Shown here: positions 6,894-16,863 of the stretch, piece by piece
Numbering within the stretch: position 1 is the first letter of the stretch
Layout: the number at the start of each line of letters is the position of its first letter
Virus record (IMG/VR): IMGVR_UViG_3300025154_002045
Location: 1 to 55,922 of that record
Direction: 5' to 3' (one strand)
Length of the DNA stretch: 55,922 bases
From: a virus
Lineage: Duplodnaviria; Caudoviricetes
The notes under the pieces: generated by a model
Database searches by the model: none
Told to the model about the DNA's origin: nothing
The model's input: the letters and a program-made list of their open reading frames with translations, nothing else
Made by a program: the position numbers and the translations under genes

Positions 6894-9683
6894 TTAAAAG
6901 CCGTACTGATCCATACGCAATTTAAATGCGTCACGACCGCCCTCAGTGACGAGGATTATTTCTTCCTTAATTTCCTTTTTATCGATTGCACCCATAGCTT
7001 TGATTGATCCACGGGTCTGGTCGCCAGCTTTTATGTAATCGCAACACACTACAAGCTCGGCATCACCGTTCACGACAAAGTTCGCACTGTGGCTAGCGAA
7101 AATAAGCTGGCGTTTACTCTTAGCTCTCCAGACTTGCTGGACAATATCTTTGAACATTTTGCTGTCGATATCGTCTTCCGGCTGGTCAATGATGAGAGGC
7201 GCGCCCGGCTGGTTCAAAAGGACGGTAAGCAAAGCAGTAGCTTGCTGACCAGCTGATGCATCTGAAAATGCAATATAGTCTTTTTTCGTTTTGTTGGTGC
7301 AATAAGAAAACTTCGGATTAAATTGAAGCTCTGTAACGGAGAGATCGAGCCATCGAGCAGAGTCGAAGCTAGTCGCAATTCTCATGCGTTCGGTATCGAT
7401 AAAATTACATTTATTTAGAATCGGAGTATCCGGCATTTCATCCGGTCCCTCCGTAGAATGCAGTGCGAGTTTTTCAAGTTCCGAAAGAATACCATTCCAC
7501 TCAACAAATGGATCGCTGGCTTTCAATAGACATTGGCAGATTTTCTCAAGCTTCGCTTCATTGATATTCATGCCCGAAAAGGCGGTTTTAAGTTTTAGAG
7601 TAAGAGCGTCGGTGTCTAAACTATTCTTAATCTCTGCCTTAATGAGATCGCCAGAAAGTGCTGTGAACTGAGTACACTGCTTTTCAAGAGCCGTAATCTT
7701 TTGAGTATGCAAACCATCCCACTTCGTGCGAAGTTTTTTGTACACAGTTTCCGGGTCGCCAAGAGCCGCAAGTGCATTGCGTTTTTCCGTCTGTTGTTTT
7801 TTGAGTGCGGCGATACGCTTCTCAAGAGTTTGTATTTGATCGAGCTGTTGCTGGTTAACCTTAGCTTTTACTTTTGCGGCCTCGTATTTCTTATCAAATG
7901 CCACCTTGAGTTTTTCCCATTCTTTGATCTCGTCATTGATGGCCTTGAGTGATGCTGGCTTAAAGAGATTTGAGAGTGCAGTAACGCCAGCCTCTATTTC
8001 TGTAAACTTAGAAGCATATTTTTTTTGAATCCGACCGATCAGAGCTGTATTTTCTAGCTCAACCTCTTCCTCTTCCACCTCTTCACTTTCCAATGCTTCC
8101 ACAAGACCATTGACGTGTTCCTGTGTTGTTTCGAGCTCGTTTTTGAGACCCTCGATAATCGCTTCTTCGTTATCGTATTTTGCCTTCTGATCGATAACTT
8201 CCTGATCCTCTTTAGGCAACCCCTTGAGACTCTTGCGAAGTTTTCCAAGCTGTTCGGTTGATGAAGCTATCTCAACATTGTTTTTGTCGACTTCCGCTTC
8301 GATTTCCTTCATCCGGATTAAGTCACCATAAGCGGATCGCATCTTTGCTTCCGTGTCTCGTACATCCGAACGAATCTGATCGAGTTCCTGTTTGATTGGA
8401 AGCTCGACAAAACGCTTCAGCTCATCGATGCGTACACCTACGCTACTAAGCTGTTTCTGACTGTACGCTTGGATCGGAAGCAAATTGCGAACTTGCTGTT
8501 CTGTGGCCGGAGTGAATTCACCGTCGCCAATTTTAAGTAAAATTTCCTGCTTCTTTGAGTTACGTTTTACGATATGAGGAACGTCATTGAGCAGAAATTC
8601 CACATGCACCTCACCGTCAAATTTCTGGAGAGTATTGTCGATCAAATTCTTGCGTTTAGTCTGCACTATGTCCATGTCCTCGCTTTCTACCGGCTGATCA
8701 CAAAGACCCCAGCGGAGATATTCGAGGATTGTAGACTTGCCCGTACCACGACCACCGATGATGGCGTTGTACTGCTGGTTTAAATCAAAGCCAACCTGCC
8801 CAAGAAACTTGGAGTTTGTGACGCTGATTGAAGTGATCCAAAGATTCGGGAGTTCGGGTTCAACGAGAGAGACTCTGGATTCTCTAGCCAAACATGCCTG
8901 ACGGAGTGCCTCTGCAGTCGGCTCTGACCATTTGACGTAGGTGCTAGGTGATCCAAGATCGGAATGGTCACGCTTGCGGTTATCGGAAGTTTGAAAGACC
9001 GCAATCGGTTTGTACCCATTGTTTTGCTGACGTCCTTCAAGGATATTTTTGTAGCCGTCGCTAGACTTTGAATACTCACCATCAACATAACCGCCCACGC
9101 AACGCATCTCTTTGTAATGCTTTGCGAATCCATCACGGAAAAGAGTTTTATGTCCTGCAGTGGTGACGTTCGGGAGTATGATGAATTTTCCTTTAAGCCA
9201 AGGATGCTGATTCAGTCGTTCTTCGAGATCATTCAATCCCGTGATTGATGTCGGCGATACAGACTCAACACTTGCAAGTTTACTCTTAGCTAAATCCGTA
9301 GATGCAATAGTAAGTGTGGTGAGGATATCCCCGAATTTTGTCTCGTCGAAATCAGCGTCGAGCAAAAGTATTGCTTGGCATGGTGGAGATGAAAGAGTGA
9401 GCTCGATACCAGGAAAGACAACGATCTGATCCTTTGAATCAATAGATTCACCGATAAGATTAACTTCGGATGCGGCGGCCGCTTTTACATATGGGAACAT
9501 GCAAAAGTCATGGTGATCAGTTATCGCAATCGCATCGAGACCTTTTGCTCGGCACGCTTGAATAAGCTCATCTGCGTAAGCTTGGCGTTCTTTTGGTGTA
9601 GCGGCTTCCGCACCGTCCCAATTTGCATCTCGGGGAGTGTGAACTTGGAAGTCGCATTTGTAGAAGTGAGCGCCTTTATCCAT
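6894..9683 (-). CDS. PHP phosphoesterase plus SMC-like ATPase (TrlF/Ppl-type defence protein)
   Basis: DFQVHTP, AITDHH, PGIEL, SD PHP motifs; Walker A GGRGTGKS, coiled coil, SAGQ signature, IIDQPEDD Walker B, ASH. Confidence 0.88.
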   Translation of the reverse strand: MDKGAHFYKCDFQVHTPRDANWDGAEAATPKERQAYADELIQACRAKGLDAIAITDHHDFCMFPYVKAAAASEVNLIGESIDSKDQIVVFPGIELTLSSPPCQAILLLDADFDETKFGDILTTLTIASTDLAKSKLASVESVSPTSITGLNDLEERLNQHPWLKGKFIILPNVTTAGHKTLFRDGFAKHYKEMRCVGGYVDGEYSKSSDGYKNILEGRQQNNGYKPIAVFQTSDNRKRDHSDLGSPSTYVKWSEPTAEALRQACLARESRVSLVEPELPNLWITSISVTNSKFLGQVGFDLNQQYNAIIGGRGTGKSTILEYLRWGLCDQPVESEDMDIVQTKRKNLIDNTLQKFDGEVHVEFLLNDVPHIVKRNSKKQEILLKIGDGEFTPATEQQVRNLLPIQAYSQKQLSSVGVRIDELKRFVELPIKQELDQIRSDVRDTEAKMRSAYGDLIRMKEIEAEVDKNNVEIASSTEQLGKLRKSLKGLPKEDQEVIDQKAKYDNEEAIIEGLKNELETTQEHVNGLVEALESEEVEEEEVELENTALIGRIQKKYASKFTEIEAGVTALSNLFKPASLKAINDEIKEWEKLKVAFDKKYEAAKVKAKVNQQQLDQIQTLEKRIAALKKQQTEKRNALAALGDPETVYKKLRTKWDGLHTQKITALEKQCTQFTALSGDLIKAEIKNSLDTDALTLKLKTAFSGMNINEAKLEKICQCLLKASDPFVEWNGILSELEKLALHSTEGPDEMPDTPILNKCNFIDTERMRIATSFDSARWLDLSVTELQFNPKFSYCTNKTKKDYIAFSDASAGQQATALLTVLLNQPGAPLIIDQPEDDIDSKMFKDIVQQVWRAKSKRQLIFASHSANFVVNGDAELVVCCDYIKAGDQTRGSIKAMGAIDKKEIKEEIILVTEGGRDAFKLRMDQYGF

Positions 9684-9687
9684 AAAA

Positions 9688-10701
9688 TTAAGTAATCTTC
9701 AACTTACCTGACTTGAAGCCCTCGACTATGATCTTCATGCACTTATTAAAAGTACGCATGGCGTCACCTTTCAGTGGAGTATCCTGAATGCTCAAAAGTG
9801 CTTCTCGACATTCCTTATCGAGTCCGGCAATATCGTCCATTGTCTTGATTTCAACATTGGGCTCGTTTCGCAAAAGAAACCACTCTTTGTCTGTGGTTTT
9901 ACTGTGATCAAGGACTTCCAAGTCCTTGTGCGTCATTTTCGGGAATAGGTAATAAAACTTTTTATCGTAAAAATAATATTTTGTTAGAAACATCTCGCCA
10001 ACGGCGATATGTCCTGCACGTTGCGATCCGTCAGTGAAATTTCTACGCATGCGACCGGCATACTTGATGACATAGCCATCTTTAATGATGGTCGATCGTT
10101 GTTCTGCAAACTTCTCCCAATCTCCACCGTAAGCGGCGTTGAATTTAGTTATAAAAAGTTCGTGCATCTTTTCCAGATATGCATCGATATAAGCAGAAAA
10201 TGCAATGGGATTGTGGTAACACTCCAGCAAGTCTTTGACGACAGAGAGATCATCCGTAATTAAATATTTCCCTTTCTCTATCTTAGATGCAAAGTAAGCC
10301 ATGCCGTAGAGGTCGGGCTGTATTTTCTGTGTGCCTTTCTTTAAATAATAAACTCCGACAATGCCGTTCTTTACGCCACCCAGTGCATGATGAAATCTCT
10401 GATAGAGTGCATTACCGGCCGAGTTCCTACTTAGCGCATCAGTCCCTTCTAGCGCAATTACTGGCTTCTTGTTTATTTCTTTACCGTTGAGTCCATCAAC
10501 CCATTGTTCGTCTACATACCATGCGGCGTCACACGAACCGTAAGAAACACCCTCGAATCCAAAAGTAAGACCACCCTCTGAAAAGGACTTCTGATCCTCG
10601 TTGCTACTTTGTGGAAAGATTCGAAGTTTAATCCCTTTGGTTTCGTGACCAAGGGTGTCTAGAATCTCTCTTTTTATGATTTCGTCGCTGGAGTATGCCA
10701 T
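9688..10701 (-). CDS. Putative restriction endonuclease subunit B
   Basis: Downstream of two MTases; SCDAAW...IALEGT candidate catalytic motif; AGNALYQR resembles type II REase recognition segments. Confidence 0.5.
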   Translation of the reverse strand: MAYSSDEIIKREILDTLGHETKGIKLRIFPQSSNEDQKSFSEGGLTFGFEGVSYGSCDAAWYVDEQWVDGLNGKEINKKPVIALEGTDALSRNSAGNALYQRFHHALGGVKNGIVGVYYLKKGTQKIQPDLYGMAYFASKIEKGKYLITDDLSVVKDLLECYHNPIAFSAYIDAYLEKMHELFITKFNAAYGGDWEKFAEQRSTIIKDGYVIKYAGRMRRNFTDGSQRAGHIAVGEMFLTKYYFYDKKFYYLFPKMTHKDLEVLDHSKTTDKEWFLLRNEPNVEIKTMDDIAGLDKECREALLSIQDTPLKGDAMRTFNKCMKIIVEGFKSGKLKIT

Positions 10702-10705
10702 ATAG

Positions 10706-11788
10706 TTATAGGGATTTAATTTTCTCCAGAATCGCTTCCGTCTCCAACTCCAAGACGAAACTCACAAGGTCAGACTCCTTATTTATCTCTTCACCTTTCG
10801 ACTCCAGGTAGAACTGCTTAAGCTCGTCGTTCGTGAAATTTGAAATGAGATAAAACTTAATATAGTTCCCAAGCCAGACAGTGTACTCTTCCCGTGATAG
10901 TGGATTTTCCGCAGTATATTTTGTTGCGGGGAGTGTAATTTTTATTTTGAAATCGCCATCCAAACTGATTAAACCGAAGTAGTCCTTTGACGGCTTTGCC
11001 TTTGCCGGATGGATCTCGAATCCTTGATCAAACAATCCGGTGTTGAGATATTTTTCCAGCTGTTTGGTCATGACGAGATTGCCGGTTTTTGCCTCGCCGA
11101 CAATGAAGTCATGGGTGACATGATCACTCTCGTCCTTTGTTCCTTGCTTGAAGTTTCTAATAAGTGCCAACTCGATCATGTGGAAACCAGTGCTTGGGAG
11201 ATATCCGTAATTACTTATTTTTGTTATGAGCTCACTCAGACCATATCCGGCAAAGTCCGGAGAGCCTATCGCATGGGCGAGAGGTATTTGGTTCTCTACA
11301 ATGAAGCCAAGGTGTCGGAAGTATTCACCGGCAAGGTATTCCATAAAGGGTTCCATTCCATTGCCTTGCTTACTGGTCTCGATACGCTGGATGATGTAGT
11401 TTTCTCGGTCTTTTATGTGATCGAACTTTGTCTTAAGTAGATCGACTAATTTCTCTTCGGACTCAAACTCAATCGGGACGATATATTTATCGCCCTCAAA
11501 CAAATACTTCTTTGCTTGCGACAAAATGTACGGCGTGTTTTTGAGGACACCGTTGTCAAAAATACCCGATACGAATTTGTAATTAAACGCATTATAAAAA
11601 AGCTTCATCAATCCCTTTGGAGTGAAAGGATAGATCGGATTTTCAAAATACCCAGCACCAGTGATACTGCTATAAATAAAAGCTTCCTTCGCAGGCATTT
11701 TGACAGCCGGTCCCATTTCAGTATCGACAATCTCGAAATCGAAGTTGGCTTTAAATATATTGAAAAAATCTTTAGTGTAAATTTCCAT
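10706..11788 (-). CDS. Putative restriction endonuclease subunit A (PD-(D/E)XK)
   Basis: E...EYFR..G.IVE, SPDF...VGEAKT; follows MTases; start moved to ATG 11788. Confidence 0.6.
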   Translation of the reverse strand: MEIYTKDFFNIFKANFDFEIVDTEMGPAVKMPAKEAFIYSSITGAGYFENPIYPFTPKGLMKLFYNAFNYKFVSGIFDNGVLKNTPYILSQAKKYLFEGDKYIVPIEFESEEKLVDLLKTKFDHIKDRENYIIQRIETSKQGNGMEPFMEYLAGEYFRHLGFIVENQIPLAHAIGSPDFAGYGLSELITKISNYGYLPSTGFHMIELALIRNFKQGTKDESDHVTHDFIVGEAKTGNLVMTKQLEKYLNTGLFDQGFEIHPAKAKPSKDYFGLISLDGDFKIKITLPATKYTAENPLSREEYTVWLGNYIKFYLISNFTNDELKQFYLESKGEEINKESDLVSFVLELETEAILEKIKSL

Positions 11789-11792
11789 AAAA

Positions 11793-13421
11793 TTATACGT
11801 GTTGTAATTTAAATAAGCTTTGCTGAACCTCTTTTTTTTTCTGCTCACGCTTCTCCTCCCGAGGAACATCCTGAAAGAGATTCGTGATGTTTTCAATACT
11901 CATCCTTTCGTGCTCGGCGACCTGAGAGCCATCAAAAATCTTGCTGATCACAACACCCACGAATAGATCGTATGCCTTGTTCAGATTAAAGAGCTTGTCA
12001 TTATTCTTGCCAAGGCATTTGACGATCTCATCCGCAATTTCGTCAGGGTAGATCGCTTTTTTATTTGTCGCCGGTGCTTTCTTTTGAGAATTTACAAAAG
12101 TCACGTAGAAGTCCGACTTAGGCGAAAACTTAGCCCAGTTTTTGTTGTAAGGACTGCCAAATGTGTCGTAAGAGGAAATGTCCACCAACTCCATGCCATG
12201 ATCCCTAATGAGCTCGGCAAGACTGATCCAGATTTTCAAATCTTTATTGTGGAAAGCAAGAGTAAAATAAGCATCTTTTTTGAGAACCCTTTTTGCCTCA
12301 CCAATAAAGGCGGTGAGCTGATCATAGTATTCGTTTACTCCTTTTTTCTGGACAGGATTTATAATGACCTCGTCCTCAATTTCAAACGCCTTCTCAAGCC
12401 AGCAATTCCAGATATACGAAAGTTCTGAGTATTGGATCGTGTCACCGTATGGAGGGTCAGTAATCAAATAATCCACGCTAGACGGTTTTACTTCCGCCAT
12501 CTTCAATGAGGATTTGTTGTAAATTTTGGACGAGGGTTTCGAGACCTTGTTTCGGGAAGCCTTCTCTGAGATCACAACCTTCGCCATTTTTACATTGTCG
12601 ACACGATCAACAAACCTCCACCACACATTCTCTTCGATAAAGTCGTCCGGAATCCAAAAGTTATTTACGCCAAGAGGACGAACATTCTCTGCTTTTAATT
12701 TGCTCACATGCAATAGGGTGTTGGTGAAAGCGAGCATGAACAAGTCTCTGTTTTTCAGAGGTAATTCTTTGATAGCGGTATGAAGCGTTGCCAAAGCAAA
12801 GAGATTCCTCTTTGTAAACATGTCCGACACTTTCTTTACTCCCTTATACGAAAACCGATCCTTATAGAATTTCTCCGGAAAGTCCATATCCGGATACTTC
12901 AAGCTTTTAGGAAATTTTACAGTCGGCTCTAGATCGTCTTGTGTGAGACTAACTTTTTGTTTATTCCGGAAACTACTGTCGGCGATCACTGCGTTATAAT
13001 CCTTGCTGTTTTTCTTTCCGAGAATGGTGTACAGAATATACTTATCTTTTGTCGTGTAGAGAGGCATTATTTTCTCCCTTACAGCTTTCTCGATTACCGA
13101 AAATTCGTCCTCGAAAGAAACCGGATCGTAGCTTACATCCATAGAGTTTTTTGCCAAAAAGACGGCAAAGGGATTGAGATCGTAGCCGATGAAGTTTCTG
13201 TCGGCCAAGACTGACTGCAATCCTATAATTCCGCTACCACAAAACGGGTCCAAAACGACATGATCCTTTTTGGAGTATTTTTCGATGTATTGATCGACAA
13301 CAAACCAGGGTTTCCTCGACCAATACTTGTGAAGCTTTGCGACGCGCGAATACTGACGATCGTGTTTGATATCGTTTACGTCGACAAGGTTCTTTACGAT
13401 TTGTGAAATGGTTAATGACAT
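11793..13421 (-). CDS. Amino DNA methyltransferase (motif I then DPPY)
   Basis: HKYWSRKP, VLDPFCGSG, ITDPPY. Confidence 0.9.
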   Translation of the reverse strand: MSLTISQIVKNLVDVNDIKHDRQYSRVAKLHKYWSRKPWFVVDQYIEKYSKKDHVVLDPFCGSGIIGLQSVLADRNFIGYDLNPFAVFLAKNSMDVSYDPVSFEDEFSVIEKAVREKIMPLYTTKDKYILYTILGKKNSKDYNAVIADSSFRNKQKVSLTQDDLEPTVKFPKSLKYPDMDFPEKFYKDRFSYKGVKKVSDMFTKRNLFALATLHTAIKELPLKNRDLFMLAFTNTLLHVSKLKAENVRPLGVNNFWIPDDFIEENVWWRFVDRVDNVKMAKVVISEKASRNKVSKPSSKIYNKSSLKMAEVKPSSVDYLITDPPYGDTIQYSELSYIWNCWLEKAFEIEDEVIINPVQKKGVNEYYDQLTAFIGEAKRVLKKDAYFTLAFHNKDLKIWISLAELIRDHGMELVDISSYDTFGSPYNKNWAKFSPKSDFYVTFVNSQKKAPATNKKAIYPDEIADEIVKCLGKNNDKLFNLNKAYDLFVGVVISKIFDGSQVAEHERMSIENITNLFQDVPREEKREQKKKEVQQSLFKLQHV

Positions 13422-13422
13422 A

Positions 13423-14445
13423 TTATTTCTTTTGGAATACTAAGCAGTAATGATGCAAGATATTGCTTGCCCATGCTGAAGGGTATCCGTAGGGTGCAAG
13501 TCCGACTTTATCCTGTATCCAGAGCTTCTCGTCTTTGAGCACATACTTCTTCGAAAGAAGCCGTGCCAAGTCCCACGCCAATGGATACATTTTACCTTCT
13601 TTCTTTATATTCTTCACAATCACCACGAGGTAACCTCCGTCCTTCAGTAAATCGAAAATATCAAAGTATATATTCGCCAATTTCTCCAAAAAGAGATCGT
13701 AGTCGGCAATGTTGCCCAAGTCCTCTGCGGCTTCCGAGTAATTAACATCGAGACCATCCTTAGTTCTGTCTTTTTTGAAATCTTTTGTGCTTCTATTCAA
13801 CACATCCCAATACGGTGGTGATGAGATCGAGAAAGCGATTTTAGGAAGCTTTAATTTTTTGATGTTTGCGGCATTTTCGTTAAAGATAGTCTTTTTGAAT
13901 TCCGGAGTCCGCTTGAGAGATAGATCGTAGTATTTTTTGTTGAGCTCTATACCATATCCAATTCGGCCGGTTCGCTTACAAGCGACCATCGTGCTTCCAA
14001 TTCCACAGAACGGGTCCAACACAGCTTCACCTTTTTTGGTAAAGAAATTTATAAATCCCTCAATCATCGTCGGCGAGAATGTTGCAGGATGATCTTCGGT
14101 GTTCGGCGATATTTCTCGCTCTTCTTTTAAATCCTTATGTAAAGCATTGAAAATAAACCAGCTGCAACTAAATTTTACCCACTCTTTTCCTGTCATCTCA
14201 TTGAGTGGATTGGATAGATCGTAAGCACCGTCTTCCGGATTAATTAAAATGGCGTTGGCTTTTTCAACATCACCACCTGGGTTATACAAAGCAACTTCTG
14301 CCCATCTCTCAATAAAGTGGTCAGGTATTAACTCCTTTTTGTTCTTAAGGAGGTGAGCAAGTTTCTTTTTTGCCAGTTTGTTTTTTTCCTCGTCTAAGAC
14401 GGGTACAACTTGCTTTTTATCTTTGTAGTAAAAGTGGGATTTCAT
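13423..14445 (-). CDS. Amino DNA methyltransferase, probably N4-cytosine (SPPY)
   Basis: HPATF, VLDPFCGIGST, SSPPYW; start moved to ATG 14445. Confidence 0.9.
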   Translation of the reverse strand: MKSHFYYKDKKQVVPVLDEEKNKLAKKKLAHLLKNKKELIPDHFIERWAEVALYNPGGDVEKANAILINPEDGAYDLSNPLNEMTGKEWVKFSCSWFIFNALHKDLKEEREISPNTEDHPATFSPTMIEGFINFFTKKGEAVLDPFCGIGSTMVACKRTGRIGYGIELNKKYYDLSLKRTPEFKKTIFNENAANIKKLKLPKIAFSISSPPYWDVLNRSTKDFKKDRTKDGLDVNYSEAAEDLGNIADYDLFLEKLANIYFDIFDLLKDGGYLVVIVKNIKKEGKMYPLAWDLARLLSKKYVLKDEKLWIQDKVGLAPYGYPSAWASNILHHYCLVFQKK

Positions 14446-14452
14446 AATTGAT

Positions 14453-14956
14453 TTATTCTGCTGGAATATATTCCTGATGACCGCATCTGCATGCCGTACC
14501 ATCGTTAGTGGCCATGCTGAAGTACGATTTCTTAGCAACGATAATAAAGTCTTCAAAGAATGGCTTGAACGACAAAACCTGCGAGTCTGCTTGCAGTGCT
14601 CGCATAAGTTTCTTGTCATCCTCATCCGGAGTCGGATCAGTAGAGCCGGGATGATTGATTAAGATCATGAACTTCTTTGCAAGGAATAGAGAGAAGTAAT
14701 GCCAGAGCATTTGCGTATCGAGATTCTTGGGGGAGGAACCAAGAAAGACCTGATGTCCGAGGAACAGGTTTCGGTCGTCGAGATAGATTCCAATCACTTT
14801 GGAAACACTTTCGTCTTCCAAGTCTTTGAGAAATTTGTACAGGTCTTCCGGATCACGAACCTGACCCTGAATCGGAAGCTCTACATCGGTCTCAACGATC
14901 TCATATTTCTTGAGGTATCGTTTTCCATCATCATTTTTGTGTTCAACGTTTTTCAT
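14453..14956 (-). CDS. RadC/JAB-like protein with degenerate metal site
   Basis: VRDPED, IYLD..N, INHPGS..P.PD..D, DFIIV....YFSM match RadC layout. Confidence 0.7.
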   Translation of the reverse strand: MKNVEHKNDDGKRYLKKYEIVETDVELPIQGQVRDPEDLYKFLKDLEDESVSKVIGIYLDDRNLFLGHQVFLGSSPKNLDTQMLWHYFSLFLAKKFMILINHPGSTDPTPDEDDKKLMRALQADSQVLSFKPFFEDFIIVAKKSYFSMATNDGTACRCGHQEYIPAE

Positions 14957-14976
14957 AGGCAATTTCCAAAGTTAAT

Positions 14977-16053
14977 TTATAATTTGACGTACCTCGTGCC
15001 TCGGCCACGCCCGACTCGTTTGACTAGTCCGAGTTCTATCAATCTCTCCAATGCCTGACTGACTGTAACTCCTACAATGCCGGTGGCCTTGGCGATATCA
15101 CCAGGAGCGGCCTCGCCAACAGATGTGAGATATTTCCATACCTCGTACTGCTTGGGAGAAAGGGTGTCTTCGACTTTTTCCTCTTCCAGATACGAGAGAG
15201 CCTTTGTTGCTTGCTCTCGCACGACTGACAAAAAGAAATTAAGCCACGGCGAGATAGTGTCGTGATCAGTATTGAATGTTTCCTGCGACTTGCGGAGTGC
15301 CAAATAGTATTCGTCCTTGCGACGCTCGACGATTTGCTCGTGCGACACATACTGAACGAATTGATAACCAGATCGGAGTAGCAAAAGGTTCGTGAGCACA
15401 CGGGAAAGACGCCCATTGCCGTCTTCAAATGGGTGGATTTTCAAAAACTCAACGATAAAGTTTGAAATCAGAAGCAAAGGATGAAAGCGGTTCTTTTCAA
15501 ACGCATCATTTGTCCATTCAAGAAGCTCCTGCATTTCCTTTGCAGTAAGATATGCCGGTGTAGTCTCGAACATGATCTTGGCGACTTTGCCATCCGGTCC
15601 AAGTACGCCGACCGTGTTCTCTTTCTTTTTGTAACCGCCACGATGCACATCGTCTTTGTTGGAATATTTGAGAAGCTGATTGTGGAGTGATGTGACCACA
15701 CTCTCTCGAAGTGGCAAAGTCTGGAAAGAGTCAAAAACATTCTGAAGCACTTCAAGATAACCCTGCACTTCCTGCGAGTCTCGATCGGAAAACTTTGAGA
15801 CCGCAAGACCCTGCATTATTTTTTCTACTTCCTCATCGGTAAGCTTTGCACCCTCGATACGAGTGGACGCACCTGCAGAAGTAATAAGCACCGACTGCTT
15901 CAAGCTAGTGATCGCTTGCGGAGTCATTCGCAGACCCGACTTAAATTCACCTCGAATACCATCGATCTCAGCCAAGAGAGCGACAATGTGTGGTTCGGGA
16001 CTTTTGATCCTGTGATCGAATTTGTTTGTAATATTGTCCATAAGATTACTCAT
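14977..16053 (-). CDS. Fic family protein with C-terminal wHTH
   Basis: HPFEDGNGRLSR, auto-inhibitory STRIEG, C-terminal LIELGLVKRVGRGRGTRY. Confidence 0.93.
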   Translation of the reverse strand: MSNLMDNITNKFDHRIKSPEPHIVALLAEIDGIRGEFKSGLRMTPQAITSLKQSVLITSAGASTRIEGAKLTDEEVEKIMQGLAVSKFSDRDSQEVQGYLEVLQNVFDSFQTLPLRESVVTSLHNQLLKYSNKDDVHRGGYKKKENTVGVLGPDGKVAKIMFETTPAYLTAKEMQELLEWTNDAFEKNRFHPLLLISNFIVEFLKIHPFEDGNGRLSRVLTNLLLLRSGYQFVQYVSHEQIVERRKDEYYLALRKSQETFNTDHDTISPWLNFFLSVVREQATKALSYLEEEKVEDTLSPKQYEVWKYLTSVGEAAPGDIAKATGIVGVTVSQALERLIELGLVKRVGRGRGTRYVKL

Positions 16054-16181
16054 ATAGGTTATATATGTGATTATATGGGATTATATGAGTAAATACAAGT
16101 CCCTGACCTGTGGGTATCCTAAAAGCCCCTTAATCAAGGCTTTTTCTACCAAAAACCTCCATTTTGTGTCATAATGACTTC

Positions 16182-16742
16182 ATGGACGAAGCATCAGGAT
16201 ACAAAGTAGCTCACTTTACCGGCGATGAATTTCTCGCTATTGGAGACATCATAAAGACCTTTTGGGAGAATGTTCCTACAAGTAACCCTCCGAAATTTGT
16301 CATGGTCATGGGAGGAGTCGGGGCCGGAAAGACGACTATACGCCGCCAGCAATTTGCAGACGGTTATGTGAACATCGACGCCGGTGAGATATACCAAGCT
16401 CTCCTGAAATCTTACGATCCAGATGATCCAAAACTCGAGGACTACACCGCATTTGCAACTCACCTGATCCTGAAAGAGTGCATCCTCGAAAAGAAAAATA
16501 TCGTGATTGAAATCATCGGTGATTCAGCCGAAGCCATAACCCCGGTCATCGACAAGATGAAAGAAATCGGCTACGAAATCTCCGTCTCTGGAATCACTTG
16601 CGACCCTGCCGAAGCATACGAGCGACATCTCAAGGCGGTAAAGGAAGATAAGAATTATTTGTCCGCATACTACACACAAGACGCTACGTTGGGAGCCTTT
16701 TATACTTACTTCGATCTGGGAGCCGTGCCGGTGCAGAAATAA
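16182..16742 (+). CDS. Zeta-toxin-like P-loop kinase
   Basis: MGGVGAGKTT, VNIDAGEI, NIVIE, K..GYEI; divergent from Fic; start moved to ATG 16182. Confidence 0.7.
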   Translation: MDEASGYKVAHFTGDEFLAIGDIIKTFWENVPTSNPPKFVMVMGGVGAGKTTIRRQQFADGYVNIDAGEIYQALLKSYDPDDPKLEDYTAFATHLILKECILEKKNIVIEIIGDSAEAITPVIDKMKEIGYEISVSGITCDPAEAYERHLKAVKEDKNYLSAYYTQDATLGAFYTYFDLGAVPVQK

Positions 16743-16759
16743 CTTATACACAGTGTGCA

Positions 16760-16803
16760 TATTCGCAACCCTCTTGCGAATAAAATGTTCGTAGTGATAT
16801 AAT
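16760..16803 (+). promoter_or_regulatory. Putative late-operon promoter with palindromic operator
   Basis: TATTCGCAA-CCCTC-TTGCGAATA 16760-16782 overlapping -35 TTGCGA; extended -10 TG-A-TATAAT 16795-16803. Confidence 0.65.
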
Positions 16804-16863
16804 AAATTCACAATCGAATAACTTAATGCCTCAAGGGGCATTCCTGAAAGGGATTCCGAGTTT

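Noticed and set aside
4666-16053. Classical integron
   Set aside because: The recombinase lacks the IntI insertion, and gene gaps are too short for attC sites
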